DNA from: an uncultured Verrucomicrobiae bacterium
Lineage (GTDB): Bacteria > Verrucomicrobiota > Verrucomicrobiia > Chthoniobacterales > JAFAMB01
DNA length: 64,000 nucleotides
Direction of reading: 5' to 3'
Assembly (NCBI GenBank): GCA_963813025.1
Contig: CAWEXO010000014.1
Span: forward strand, 352,001 to 416,000
Position numbers and translations under genes: made by a program
The notes under the pieces: generated by a model
What the model was told of the DNA's origin: nothing
The model's database searches: none
What the model saw: only the letters and a program-made list of their open reading frames with translations
Part shown: piece by piece, positions 41,195 to 49,975 of the stretch
How positions within the stretch are numbered: position 1 is the stretch's first letter
Layout of the letters: each line of letters begins with the position of its first letter

Positions 41195-42037
41195 ATGTTG
41201 ATTAAGAGGTTTGTTTTGGCGGGGCTCCTCGTGGCCGCCCCGGCTTTTTCACAAAATACAGCGCCGAGCCCCGCGACGAGTAATAGTTCCCCCGCGGCAG
41301 CCAATCCGTCCTCGCCCTTCAAGGACAAGAAAGACAAAGTTAGCTACAGTTTGGGAGTTGATATCGGGCGTACGCTTACCCGGCTGCAGTTGGATCTCAA
41401 TCAGGACGCGCTCACGCAGGGCATGGGTGATGTGCTCGCCAAGAAGCCGCTCGCGATGAGCGATCAAGAGCTGCAACAGACTTTGCAAAGTTTTCAGCAG
41501 CAGATGATGCAGAAGCAGCAAGCGGCCATGGCCAAGAAGCAGGAAGAGATGAAGGCGAGCGCCGGTCGGAACAAGGCTGAAGGGAAAAAGTTTCTGGACG
41601 AGAACAGCAAGAAGCCCGGAGTCAAGACCCTGCCCAGCGGGTTGCAGTATAAGGTTGTCAAAGAGGGTACCGGTGAGCGGCCGAAAGATACCGACGTCGT
41701 TACGGCAAATTATCGGGGAACATTAATTGACGGGAAAGAGTTTGATAGTTCGGAGAAGAATGGCGGACCGGTTAGTCTCCCGGTGAGCGGGGTAATCAAA
41801 GGCTGGTCGGAGGCTCTCAAACTGATGCCGGTTGGTTCGAAGTGGGAAATTTATGTTCCCTCTGAGCTGGGTTATGGTGACGAAGGCGCCGGTGAGGACA
41901 TCGCGCCCGGTTCCACTCTGATTTTTGACGTCGAATTGCTTGGCGTCAAGAAAGGCGCGAACACTGCTCCGCAAGCCGGACCATCGCCTCAAGGCTCTCC
42001 GACGACGGAATCCGCTCCTCCCGGCAAGAATCCTTAA
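41195..42037 (+). CDS. FKBP-type peptidyl-prolyl isomerase (FkpA/Mip-like)
   Basis: Signal peptide, KVSYSLG, SGLQY, YRGTLIDGKEFDSS, VIKGW, LIFDVELL. Confidence 0.93.
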   Translation: MLIKRFVLAGLLVAAPAFSQNTAPSPATSNSSPAAANPSSPFKDKKDKVSYSLGVDIGRTLTRLQLDLNQDALTQGMGDVLAKKPLAMSDQELQQTLQSFQQQMMQKQQAAMAKKQEEMKASAGRNKAEGKKFLDENSKKPGVKTLPSGLQYKVVKEGTGERPKDTDVVTANYRGTLIDGKEFDSSEKNGGPVSLPVSGVIKGWSEALKLMPVGSKWEIYVPSELGYGDEGAGEDIAPGSTLIFDVELLGVKKGANTAPQAGPSPQGSPTTESAPPGKNP

Positions 42038-42054
42038 TCTTTGACACGGCGCCG

Positions 42055-42245
42055 TTAGGGCGAGAATTCATCCGAGCCGGACGCTGGGGATCGCCAACCG
42101 GGCGCCTCAAACAAGGTTCGAAGGCTCGCACCCGGCGGTCGGAGGTTCCGAGACACCCCCGGGAGTTGCCGTCACCAACAATCAGCTTCCGAGACGGCTC
42201 AAACGAGTCCTCGCTGAGGCTCGGATGAACTTTCGCCCTACCGGA
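42055..42245. repeat. Repeat family A copy
   Basis: TAGGGCGAGAATTCATCCGAGCC ... CGGCTCAAACGAGTCCTCGCTGAGGCTCGGATGAACTTTCGCCCTACCGGA. Confidence 0.85.
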
Positions 42246-42317
42246 CCCGGAAAAGCAGGTGGTTGCGTAACCCTCCACGATGATCACCTGCTCGGGAGCG
42301 AATTCTCGCCCGACCGA

Positions 42318-44093
42318 TCAACGGCCGTCGCCGTTTTTTCTTAGCTGAAGGTGGACCTCTCGGAGCTGCTTATCCGGCACGCTGGTCGGTGAGCCCATCA
42401 TCAGATCGTATCCTCGAGAATTCTTCGGGAACGCAATCACGTCGCGGATGTTCGCGGCCTGAGTGATCAGCATGACCAGCCGATCTACTCCGATCGCGAT
42501 GCCCCCGTGCGGGGGCGCTCCGAAGGTAAATGCTTGCAACAGATGGCCAAACAAGCGTTGCTGCTGCTCGGCTGAAATGCCTAGTGCGCCAAAGACCTTC
42601 TGTTGAAGGTCCGGTTCGTGGATTCGGAGGCTGCCGCCCGCGATTTCGACTCCATTCAGAACACAATCGTAAGCCTCCGCCCGGATCGCTCCGTATTGGC
42701 CTTGTTCCAGGAGTGGAATGTCTTCTGCCTTTGGACGCGTGAATGGATGATGCCGCGCGTTCCACTTGTTCTCGGTCGCCGAGAATTCCATCAATGGAAA
42801 ATCGATTACCCAGAGAAACTTGAGCTCGTCGGGATCCTTGGCCAGAGCGAGAAGCTCGGTAACCCGGAGCCGGATTCGCCCCAAAACCGTACAGACGGTT
42901 TCCCACTGGTCGGCGCCAAAAAGCACCAGGTCGCCTTCCTCAATCCCGAGGCGCTGTTGCAAGACAGCTTTTTCGTTTTCGGATAAAAACTTGGCAATTG
43001 GCGATTTCCATTCTCCGCCTTCTATCTTGATGAACGCGAGTCCCTTTGCGCCGGCTAGTCGGGCGAGTTCGGTGAGTTCTTCGATTTGGCCAGTGGTGAT
43101 GCGCGCGAACCCTTTGGCATTCATGGCTTTCACGACACCGCCCCGATCGAGGGCGCCGCGAAACACCTTGAACTCCGTTTGCCGGAATGCGTCACCTAAA
43201 TCAACCAGCTCCAGGCCAAAGCGCAGATCCGGCTTGTCCGTGCCAAAGCGATCCATCGCTTGCTGATACGAAAGGCGGGGAAAAGGCAGCGAGGGAGTAA
43301 GACCCCGGGTTGCTTGAAAAATCGCGGTCAACAGGCCTTCGACCAGGTTAATGATATCAGCAACCTCGATGAACGAAGCCTCCACGTCGATCTGCGTGAG
43401 TTCAGTAATCCGATCGGCCCGGGGATCCTCGTCGCGAAAACATTTGGCGATCTGGTAATAGCGTTCCAGGCCACCCACCATGAGCAACTGTTTATATTGC
43501 TGTGGGGACTGCGATAACGCGTAGAAATGTCCGGGAATCAGCCGGCTGGGAACCAGGAACTCCCGAGCGCCTTCCGGAGTGCTCTTGGAAAGCACGGGTG
43601 TGTCGACTTCGATGAATCCAGCGCGATCCAAATATTCGCGGGCAGCCTTGTTAAAGGCGTGGCGCACCCGCAAATGTCGCCGCATCGCCGGGCGGCGCAG
43701 GTCGAGGTAGCGATACGCGAGACGAAGATCTTCGTTGGCGACCGAACCGTCGATCTGAAAAGGCAATGGGGAACAGCGATTCACAATCCGCATTTGTTCC
43801 GCAACCAATTCAACTTCCCCCGTTGCCAGCCGCGGGTTTTCTGTGCCCGGCAAACGGGCGGCGACTTTGCCGCTCACCTGAATCACATCTTCGTCACGCA
43901 GCGTTTCCGCCTCGTTCGCGCTTTCGGGGAACTGCTCAGGCCGAAAGACCACCTGGGTAATTCCTTCACGATCGCGTAAATCGATGAAGATGACGCCCCC
44001 GTGATTGCGCCGCGAAGCGACCCAGCCGGCCAGGGTCACCTGGAGGCCAACGTCGGACGTCCGCAGCTCGTTGCAATGATGGGTTCGGTACAT
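42318..44093 (-). CDS. aspS: Aspartate--tRNA ligase
   Basis: MYRTH, STPEGAR, QSPQQYKQ, CFRDED, HHPFT, GAPPHGGIAIG. Confidence 0.97.
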   Translation of the reverse strand: MYRTHHCNELRTSDVGLQVTLAGWVASRRNHGGVIFIDLRDREGITQVVFRPEQFPESANEAETLRDEDVIQVSGKVAARLPGTENPRLATGEVELVAEQMRIVNRCSPLPFQIDGSVANEDLRLAYRYLDLRRPAMRRHLRVRHAFNKAAREYLDRAGFIEVDTPVLSKSTPEGAREFLVPSRLIPGHFYALSQSPQQYKQLLMVGGLERYYQIAKCFRDEDPRADRITELTQIDVEASFIEVADIINLVEGLLTAIFQATRGLTPSLPFPRLSYQQAMDRFGTDKPDLRFGLELVDLGDAFRQTEFKVFRGALDRGGVVKAMNAKGFARITTGQIEELTELARLAGAKGLAFIKIEGGEWKSPIAKFLSENEKAVLQQRLGIEEGDLVLFGADQWETVCTVLGRIRLRVTELLALAKDPDELKFLWVIDFPLMEFSATENKWNARHHPFTRPKAEDIPLLEQGQYGAIRAEAYDCVLNGVEIAGGSLRIHEPDLQQKVFGALGISAEQQQRLFGHLLQAFTFGAPPHGGIAIGVDRLVMLITQAANIRDVIAFPKNSRGYDLMMGSPTSVPDKQLREVHLQLRKNGDGR

Positions 44094-44106
44094 GGGTAGT
44101 GGAGGA

Positions 44107-44205
44107 GTCAGTGGTAGTGTCAGTGGTAGTGTCAGTGCTAGTGCTAGTGCTAGTGCTAGTGCTAGTGCTAGTGCTAGTGCTAGTGCTAGTGCTAGTGCTA
44201 GTGCT
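44107..44205. repeat. Hexamer tandem repeat, (AGTGCT)x12 plus variants
   Basis: Read directly, between hisS and aspS. Confidence 0.95.
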
Positions 44206-44235
44206 GTTAATTGGCTATCTGCGATTGGTCATCGG

Positions 44236-45495
44236 TTATCGGCTGGCGGCCTCCGCGAGCAGCACCGTTAATTCCTCGCTACGAACCATCTTCTCGCTCC
44301 GGTCGGACTGCATGCGCACGCGGACCAGCGGCCATTCGCGTCCGACGACGACAACGACCTTTGCGCCAAGCACTTCGGCCAGCTCAAATTGTTTGCCGAC
44401 CTTCATCGCTTGCAGCGGGAAGTCCAGAAAAACGCCCTGTTGACGGAGAGATCTGGCGATTTCGAGCGCTTCCGGTCGTCGATTTTCCTCGGCAATCACG
44501 ACGTAAGCAGACAAGGCATCGCGCCGGATCGTGCTCTCCGCGCGCTCCCGGGCATGCGGTAGTTCTTGTAGAAGGTTGGTTAAAACCAAGTCGCCAATGG
44601 CGAAACCGGCGGCCGGTAAGTCCACCGCCCCATCGCTGACGGTGCTTACGAGGTTGTCATAGCGACCGCCGCCCGCAATCGAGCGATTCTCCCGCTGGCG
44701 ATCGAATAACTCGAAGACTAGACCGGTGTAATAATCCAGACCACGCACAATCCGGAGATCGAGATCGATAAAGCTCTCGATGCCGCGCCAGTGCAGTTCC
44801 TGCCAAAGTCGTTTAAAGCCCGGGATTGCTTCCGGCGAGGTCTGGAGAACTGCTTCCACGTCGCCCAACGCGATTCCCAAGGCCGCAAGGTTTTTTTCGA
44901 TCGTGACCGGCGATTCCCTTTCCCACTTGTCAACAATTGCGAGAAATTCCGGCAAGCGCTCCGGCGGGCCCTGGTGGCGAGCAAAAAACTCCGCCCACAG
45001 TCTGCGGTCATTCAAGCGAACGGAAAAATCGTCCTGCGTTAAGCCGAAAGCCCGCAACATCTCGACGGCCAAGGCAACAATCTCCGCGTCGGCGCCCGGA
45101 GAATTATCGCCGAAGATATCGCAATTGACCTGATAAAACTCTCGGGCCCGACCCTTTTGCGGGCGTTCGAACCGGCAGAAGCCGCCGATGCTGAACCATT
45201 TGAGCGGCTTGCGAAACTCGCGCCAGCGAGTGGTTACCAGGCGTGCCACCGTCGGTGTCATTTCGGGACGCAAACAAACGTCGCGACCGCCTTGATCCAC
45301 AAACCGGAACAGCTGGGTCTTCAGCTCCTCTCCGCTCTTCTTTTTGTAGAGTTCAGTCGGCTCGAGGATCGGGCCGTCATATTCCTGAAATCCAAAACGG
45401 CGCGCGACTTCCCGCCACGTTTCAAAAACGTAGTTTCGAAATGAGCAGTCTTCTGGATAGAAGTCCCGGAAACCGGGCAGCCGTTGAATTTCCAT
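44236..45495 (-). CDS. hisS: Histidine--tRNA ligase
   Basis: LPGFRDF, LRPEMT, RFERPQKGRAREFYQ, RGLDYYTG, GGGRYD; ATG at 45495. Confidence 0.96.
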   Translation of the reverse strand: MEIQRLPGFRDFYPEDCSFRNYVFETWREVARRFGFQEYDGPILEPTELYKKKSGEELKTQLFRFVDQGGRDVCLRPEMTPTVARLVTTRWREFRKPLKWFSIGGFCRFERPQKGRAREFYQVNCDIFGDNSPGADAEIVALAVEMLRAFGLTQDDFSVRLNDRRLWAEFFARHQGPPERLPEFLAIVDKWERESPVTIEKNLAALGIALGDVEAVLQTSPEAIPGFKRLWQELHWRGIESFIDLDLRIVRGLDYYTGLVFELFDRQRENRSIAGGGRYDNLVSTVSDGAVDLPAAGFAIGDLVLTNLLQELPHARERAESTIRRDALSAYVVIAEENRRPEALEIARSLRQQGVFLDFPLQAMKVGKQFELAEVLGAKVVVVVGREWPLVRVRMQSDRSEKMVRSEELTVLLAEAASR

Positions 45496-45609
45496 GCTGA
45501 GAACCGACAAGAACGCATTGAAAGTAACCTTTTGCAACGCTTCCGGCGGCAAGTCCGACCGAGAAGAATCACTGGCGCGCCCGAAACTCTCTGCCATGTT
45601 GTCGACCCC

Positions 45610-46002
45610 ATGAATGCGAGAACACTGAAGGTCGGTTTGCTGCCTGGGAGTCTGGCGGTGTGTCGGCTGAAGCCGGAATCGAGCGTGCCGGACTGGGCCC
45701 TGCAAGGAACGTTTTCCTCTGTGACGCGTACGCTGGAAGCGTTGTCCGTGATCTGCGCGGCTGAGAATGTTCCGCCCGATGTTTATGCCAGCCGTGACTG
45801 GCGCGCTCTGAAGATCGAGGGGCCGTTGAATCTGGAGCTTGTAGGAATTCTGGTTTCCGTCGCGGTGCCTTTGGCCCAAGCTGGTGTCGCCATTTTGCCG
45901 ATAGGCACGTTCGACACCGACTACATCCTGGTGCAGGAAGATCGTCTGGGAACCGCTCTAGAGGCGCTTCGCGCAACCGGTTTGGAAGTTGACGGCACGT
46001 AG
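45610..46002 (+). CDS. ACT-domain protein
   Basis: FSSVTRT..LSVIC, WRALKIEGPL..LVGIL, TFDTDYILV. Confidence 0.88.
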   Translation: MNARTLKVGLLPGSLAVCRLKPESSVPDWALQGTFSSVTRTLEALSVICAAENVPPDVYASRDWRALKIEGPLNLELVGILVSVAVPLAQAGVAILPIGTFDTDYILVQEDRLGTALEALRATGLEVDGT

Positions 46003-46009
46003 GGAAGAG

Positions 46010-46202
46010 AGGTTCGAGGGATGTCCCAGGGTGTCTTAGGTCCTGTGCCGGTAGGGCGGAAAATTTATTCGAGCCTTCGCGAGAACTTGTTTGAGCCGGA
46101 CACTTGGTGAGCCACCCGCTCCAGATGACTCCGCCTTCGCCAAGGCTATGGCGGACACGTCCAATAAGTTCTCGCCTGGCGCTCGAATGAATGTCGCCCT
46201 AC
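46010..46202. repeat. Repeat family A copy with flank homologous to the IS110 insertion site (empty site)
   Basis: GGTTCGAGGGATGTCCCAGGGTGTCTTAGGTCCTGTGCCGGTAGGGCGGAAAATTTATTCGAGCC aligns with 3578-3621 joined to 4946 onward. Confidence 0.88.
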
Positions 46203-46252
46203 TCCTATCAGCCAGGGCGAGACTGAAATAAAGGCTGCGTTTAACCGGTTTC

Positions 46253-47458
46253 TCAGAGCGTCGACACCACCTCGGCGGTCTGCCGGGCGATCATCAGCTC
46301 TTCATTCGTGGGGACTACCAAACATGTCAGGCCGGGCTCGCGCGTGATCCGGCCATTTTGACGCTCGCCATTTTCCTCGTTCCATTCCGGAACCAGATCT
46401 GGCTGGAGAAGCGCGAGGTGTTGGAGAGTGCGCGCCCGGATGAATGCGCTGTTTTCTCCAATGCCGCCCGTGAAAATCAGCGCATCAACACGTTCCAGAC
46501 CAGCCGCTAAACCAAGTAACCCGCGGGCCAGACGATAACAGAAGAGTTCAACGGCCAAACGAGCGTTGCCGTCGCCCTGGTTGACTGACTGCAGAATGGT
46601 CCGCATATCCTGGCTCAAGCCGGAGACGCCTAACAGGCCACTTTTCCGCGTCAGCAAGTCGGTGACTTGCTCGACACTCAACTGCTCCTTCTCGTTCAGA
46701 AAAAGATGGAGGTTGGGGTCGACGTCACCGCTGCGAGTGCCCATGACAAGCCCTTCGAGCGGCGTCAGCCCCATCGTTGTGTCGACGCTCTGCCCGTTCC
46801 GGATCGCGGCCGCGCTGCAGCCGTTTCCCAAGTGGGCGGTCAAGAGATGAAGACTCTCCAGAGGCCTGGCCAGCCGCTTGGCCGCCTGCTGCGCGACGTA
46901 CTGATGGCTCGTCCCGTGAAAGCCATAGCGCCGAATCCGGTATTTGCGATAAAGATCGAGAGGGAGAGCGTAATGAAAGGCGAAGCTCGGCAGGGTGTGA
47001 TGGAAAGCAGTATCGAAAACGGCCACCTGCGGCACGTTCGGAAAGAGTTCAGCGGTGAGTCGGATGCCCTGGGCCGCGGGTGGATTGTGCAACGGAGCGA
47101 GCTCGCTCAACGACTCGATGCGGCTGAGCACCGACGAGGTAACCAACGTGGCTTCGCGGAAATCCTCGCCACCGTGCACTACGCGGTGTCCGATCGCCTG
47201 GACCTCAACCGGCCCTTGAGCGGATAGATGATCGATTACCCGGTGGAGAGCTGCTCGGTGATCGGCTTGGTCCTCCGGCAAGGGATTCGTCTGTTTTGCC
47301 CCGTCGGATAAAACAAACTTGAGCGACGCTTCCTTGGTGTTCAGTCGTTCTGCTATCCCGGAGGCAAGAACTGCTTCCGTCGAAAGATCGAATAGCGTGA
47401 ATTTCAGCGAGGAACTGCCGCTGTTGATAACAAAGACGTACCGTATCGCGGTGGGCAC
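46253..47458 (-). CDS. ackA: Acetate kinase
   Basis: INSGSSSLK, GHRVVHGG, APLHN, YGFHGTSH, HLGNG, MGTRSGD, TNEE. Confidence 0.96.
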   Translation of the reverse strand: MPTAIRYVFVINSGSSSLKFTLFDLSTEAVLASGIAERLNTKEASLKFVLSDGAKQTNPLPEDQADHRAALHRVIDHLSAQGPVEVQAIGHRVVHGGEDFREATLVTSSVLSRIESLSELAPLHNPPAAQGIRLTAELFPNVPQVAVFDTAFHHTLPSFAFHYALPLDLYRKYRIRRYGFHGTSHQYVAQQAAKRLARPLESLHLLTAHLGNGCSAAAIRNGQSVDTTMGLTPLEGLVMGTRSGDVDPNLHLFLNEKEQLSVEQVTDLLTRKSGLLGVSGLSQDMRTILQSVNQGDGNARLAVELFCYRLARGLLGLAAGLERVDALIFTGGIGENSAFIRARTLQHLALLQPDLVPEWNEENGERQNGRITREPGLTCLVVPTNEELMIARQTAEVVSTL

Positions 47459-47704
47459 ATCGGCTATCGTACCCGAAGCACCAGAAGGGGCAACGAATGG
47501 ACGTCAAAGAAAACAGATCGTTTCCGTGGAAATGGATCGCGGTTGGCGTCTTGATCCTCGCGTTGCCCGGCGAGAGCTAAACCAAGGTATCCTAAGCAAA
47601 AGCAATACGGAGCGATAGGCGTCAGCTGCCCGGTTGCAATTTGCGCAAAATAAGATCTTCTAATCCCCCGTAACTCGGGACCGGGGACTCGGGACCCGCG
47701 CGCT

Positions 47705-48193
47705 ATGAATATTTTTGATCTGCCTCCGATCAACGCCACGCTCAATGGTGTCAGCACCTGCCTGCTGACGGCCGGCTGGGCCGCCATCGTGCGTGATCGA
47801 AAACGGCTTCATATCGCCTGCATGATCACTGCGCTGGTCTGCTCCACGGCTTTTCTGGTATGTTACCTGACCTATCACTTCGGCTTGATGCACGCTTTCG
47901 GCGAGGGATCGATCCGTTTCACTGCTGAAGGCGTGATCAGACCGATCTACTATCTCATCCTTTTCACGCATTTGGCGCTGGCGGTGATCATTTTGCCGCT
48001 TGTGATTCTCACCGTCGTTCCCGCTCTGCGGGCTCGATTTGACCGGCACCGCCGGATGGGAAACTTTACTCTCCCGATTTGGTTGTACGTCTCAGTGACC
48101 GGCGTTCTTGTTTACTTCATGTTGTACCATTGGTTTCCCTCGACCCACTTTGACGAGCTTAAGCGCAAGTACGAGCTCAGGACAGCGCGATGA
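47705..48193 (+). CDS. DUF420 family membrane protein
   Basis: LPPINATLN, H..CM, FLVCYLTYH, WLYVSVTG. Confidence 0.88.
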   Translation: MNIFDLPPINATLNGVSTCLLTAGWAAIVRDRKRLHIACMITALVCSTAFLVCYLTYHFGLMHAFGEGSIRFTAEGVIRPIYYLILFTHLALAVIILPLVILTVVPALRARFDRHRRMGNFTLPIWLYVSVTGVLVYFMLYHWFPSTHFDELKRKYELRTAR

Positions 48194-48834
48194 TCAGGAT
48201 TTTCGGGTGCGAGAGGCTGACGCTCCGCGCGAGCCTTCTTTTTTCGATTTGCCTCTGCGCGAGTTGCGATCAGCAGCGGATCGAGGTTTATCAGATTCCG
48301 AAACAGAACGTCAGTATGGAAGATTCCAGTCGGCTGGCTCCGCCGCCTCCGGCCCAGCCGGCCCGATGGGAGAAGCCGGCTGATTGGCAGGAGCAGCCGC
48401 TTACGGAGATGCGCCAGGGAAGCTTCAAGGTCGCATCGTCCGACGGGACTTCTGCCGATATTTCGGTGACGTCTTTTCCTGGAGCAGCGGGAGGAATTGA
48501 TTCAAACGTGAACCGCTGGCGCGGCCAGTTGGAGCTATCCCCTTTGGCGGGCGACGAATTGGACAAGGTCATCGTGCATCGCGACGTTGATGGTGTTCCT
48601 GCGATGCTCGTGGATTTCCAAACCGCGCCGGGGGCGGCCAAACCATCGCGTATTCTCGGCGCAGTATTCGAGCGGCCAGACCGAACTTGGTTCGTTAAAA
48701 TGACCGGCGAACCGGCTCTACTCGAGAAACAGAAAACCCACTTCGACCAATTCGTTCAGTCCTTCCGATTCTCGGGCCAAGGGCAGGAGAGTCCGGGTGC
48801 TTCAACGGGAGCGAAATCGACCAATGATAAATAA
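48190..48834 (+). CDS. Hypothetical lipoprotein associated with cytochrome c biogenesis genes
   Basis: CASC lipobox-like, NVNRWRGQL, TWFVKMTG. Confidence 0.75.
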   Translation: MIRIFGCERLTLRASLLFSICLCASCDQQRIEVYQIPKQNVSMEDSSRLAPPPPAQPARWEKPADWQEQPLTEMRQGSFKVASSDGTSADISVTSFPGAAGGIDSNVNRWRGQLELSPLAGDELDKVIVHRDVDGVPAMLVDFQTAPGAAKPSRILGAVFERPDRTWFVKMTGEPALLEKQKTHFDQFVQSFRFSGQGQESPGASTGAKSTNDK

Positions 48835-49975
48835 GCTCCTCAAGTTTTTTCGTCCGCTGGCCTCGCTGAAACTGACCATTGGCTGTCTCGCTTGCGCGCT
48901 TGTCCTGATCTTTGTCGGAACACTCGCCCAGGTGAATATCGGGATTTACGAAGCGCAGAACCGCTATTTCAAAAGTTTGTTCCTCTATTTTCAACCTCCG
49001 GGAACCGGCCTCCGCATTCCTTGGTTTCCGGGCGGCTATCTGCTTGGCACGGTCCTGCTGGTGAATCTGATCGCGGCTCACGCGGCGCGTTTCAAATTTT
49101 CGATAAAAAAACTGGGAATCATCGTCCTGCACAGTGGGTTGATTCTTTTGCTGATTGGCCAGCTCCTCACCAGCCTTTTCCAGATCGAAAGCCAAATGCG
49201 GCTCGATCAGAAAGAGTCCAAGAATTATTCGGAAAGTTTTTACCACGACGAGGTGGCGCTGGTTGACACCTCCGATCCGCACCACGACACGGTGGTCTCC
49301 GTGCCCGCTGATCGGCTGCGATCACAAGAACACATTCGTCTCCCGATCAATTCCTTGGAGCTGGTGGTCGACGAATTCTATCCGAACGCCGCCCTGATCA
49401 ATCCGAGTCAGTTACCGTCGCGGGAATATCCCCATTTGAAACTGGGTCCGATGGCGGTGGCGGTTCCCGTCGCGAAAACTTACAAGCAGGACGAGCGCAA
49501 CCAGCCGAGCGCGGCGCTGCAAATTCTGCAGAATGGTCAGGCGGTCACCACAGTGGATCTGGCGGCCGGCTTTCCTCGTTCGGCAACGTTCCAAGCAGGG
49601 GGAAAAACGTACGAAATCAGTCTCCGGCCGAAGCGTTACTACAAACCGTTCTTTGTGCGCTTGGACGAGTTTCGGCATGATCGTTATCCTGGGACGGAAA
49701 TCGCGAAAAACTTCTCGAGCAAAGTCAATCTGCTTGATCCGGCCAATCACGAAAATCGTGAATCCCTGATCTACATGAACCACCCGTTGCGCTATCGCGG
49801 GTTGACCTTCTACCAGGCCGGTTTCGATAATAACGACCAGACAACCATTCTCCAGGTGGTGAAAAATCCGAGCTGGCTCATCCCTTATATCTCTTGCGCC
49901 TTGCTGGCGTCGGGTATGGTGATCCAGTTTGGGATGCATTTGGTAAGCTTCCTGCGCCGTCGGGTCATCACATGA
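48824..49975 (+). CDS. ResB/CcsB-like cytochrome c biogenesis protein
   Basis: LASLKLT, GTLAQ, HSGLILL, MNHPLRYRGLTFYQ. Confidence 0.85.
   Translation: MINKLLKFFRPLASLKLTIGCLACALVLIFVGTLAQVNIGIYEAQNRYFKSLFLYFQPPGTGLRIPWFPGGYLLGTVLLVNLIAAHAARFKFSIKKLGIIVLHSGLILLLIGQLLTSLFQIESQMRLDQKESKNYSESFYHDEVALVDTSDPHHDTVVSVPADRLRSQEHIRLPINSLELVVDEFYPNAALINPSQLPSREYPHLKLGPMAVAVPVAKTYKQDERNQPSAALQILQNGQAVTTVDLAAGFPRSATFQAGGKTYEISLRPKRYYKPFFVRLDEFRHDRYPGTEIAKNFSSKVNLLDPANHENRESLIYMNHPLRYRGLTFYQAGFDNNDQTTILQVVKNPSWLIPYISCALLASGMVIQFGMHLVSFLRRRVIT

Noticed and set aside
44099..44443. ORF with poly-VL hydrophobic stretch
   Set aside because: Translation of the AGTGCT repeat, antisense to hisS
45496..45879. 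Extended hisS N-terminus (547-aa call)
   Set aside because: HisRS homology begins at MEIQRLPGFRDF, and the extension overlaps the divergent ACT-domain gene
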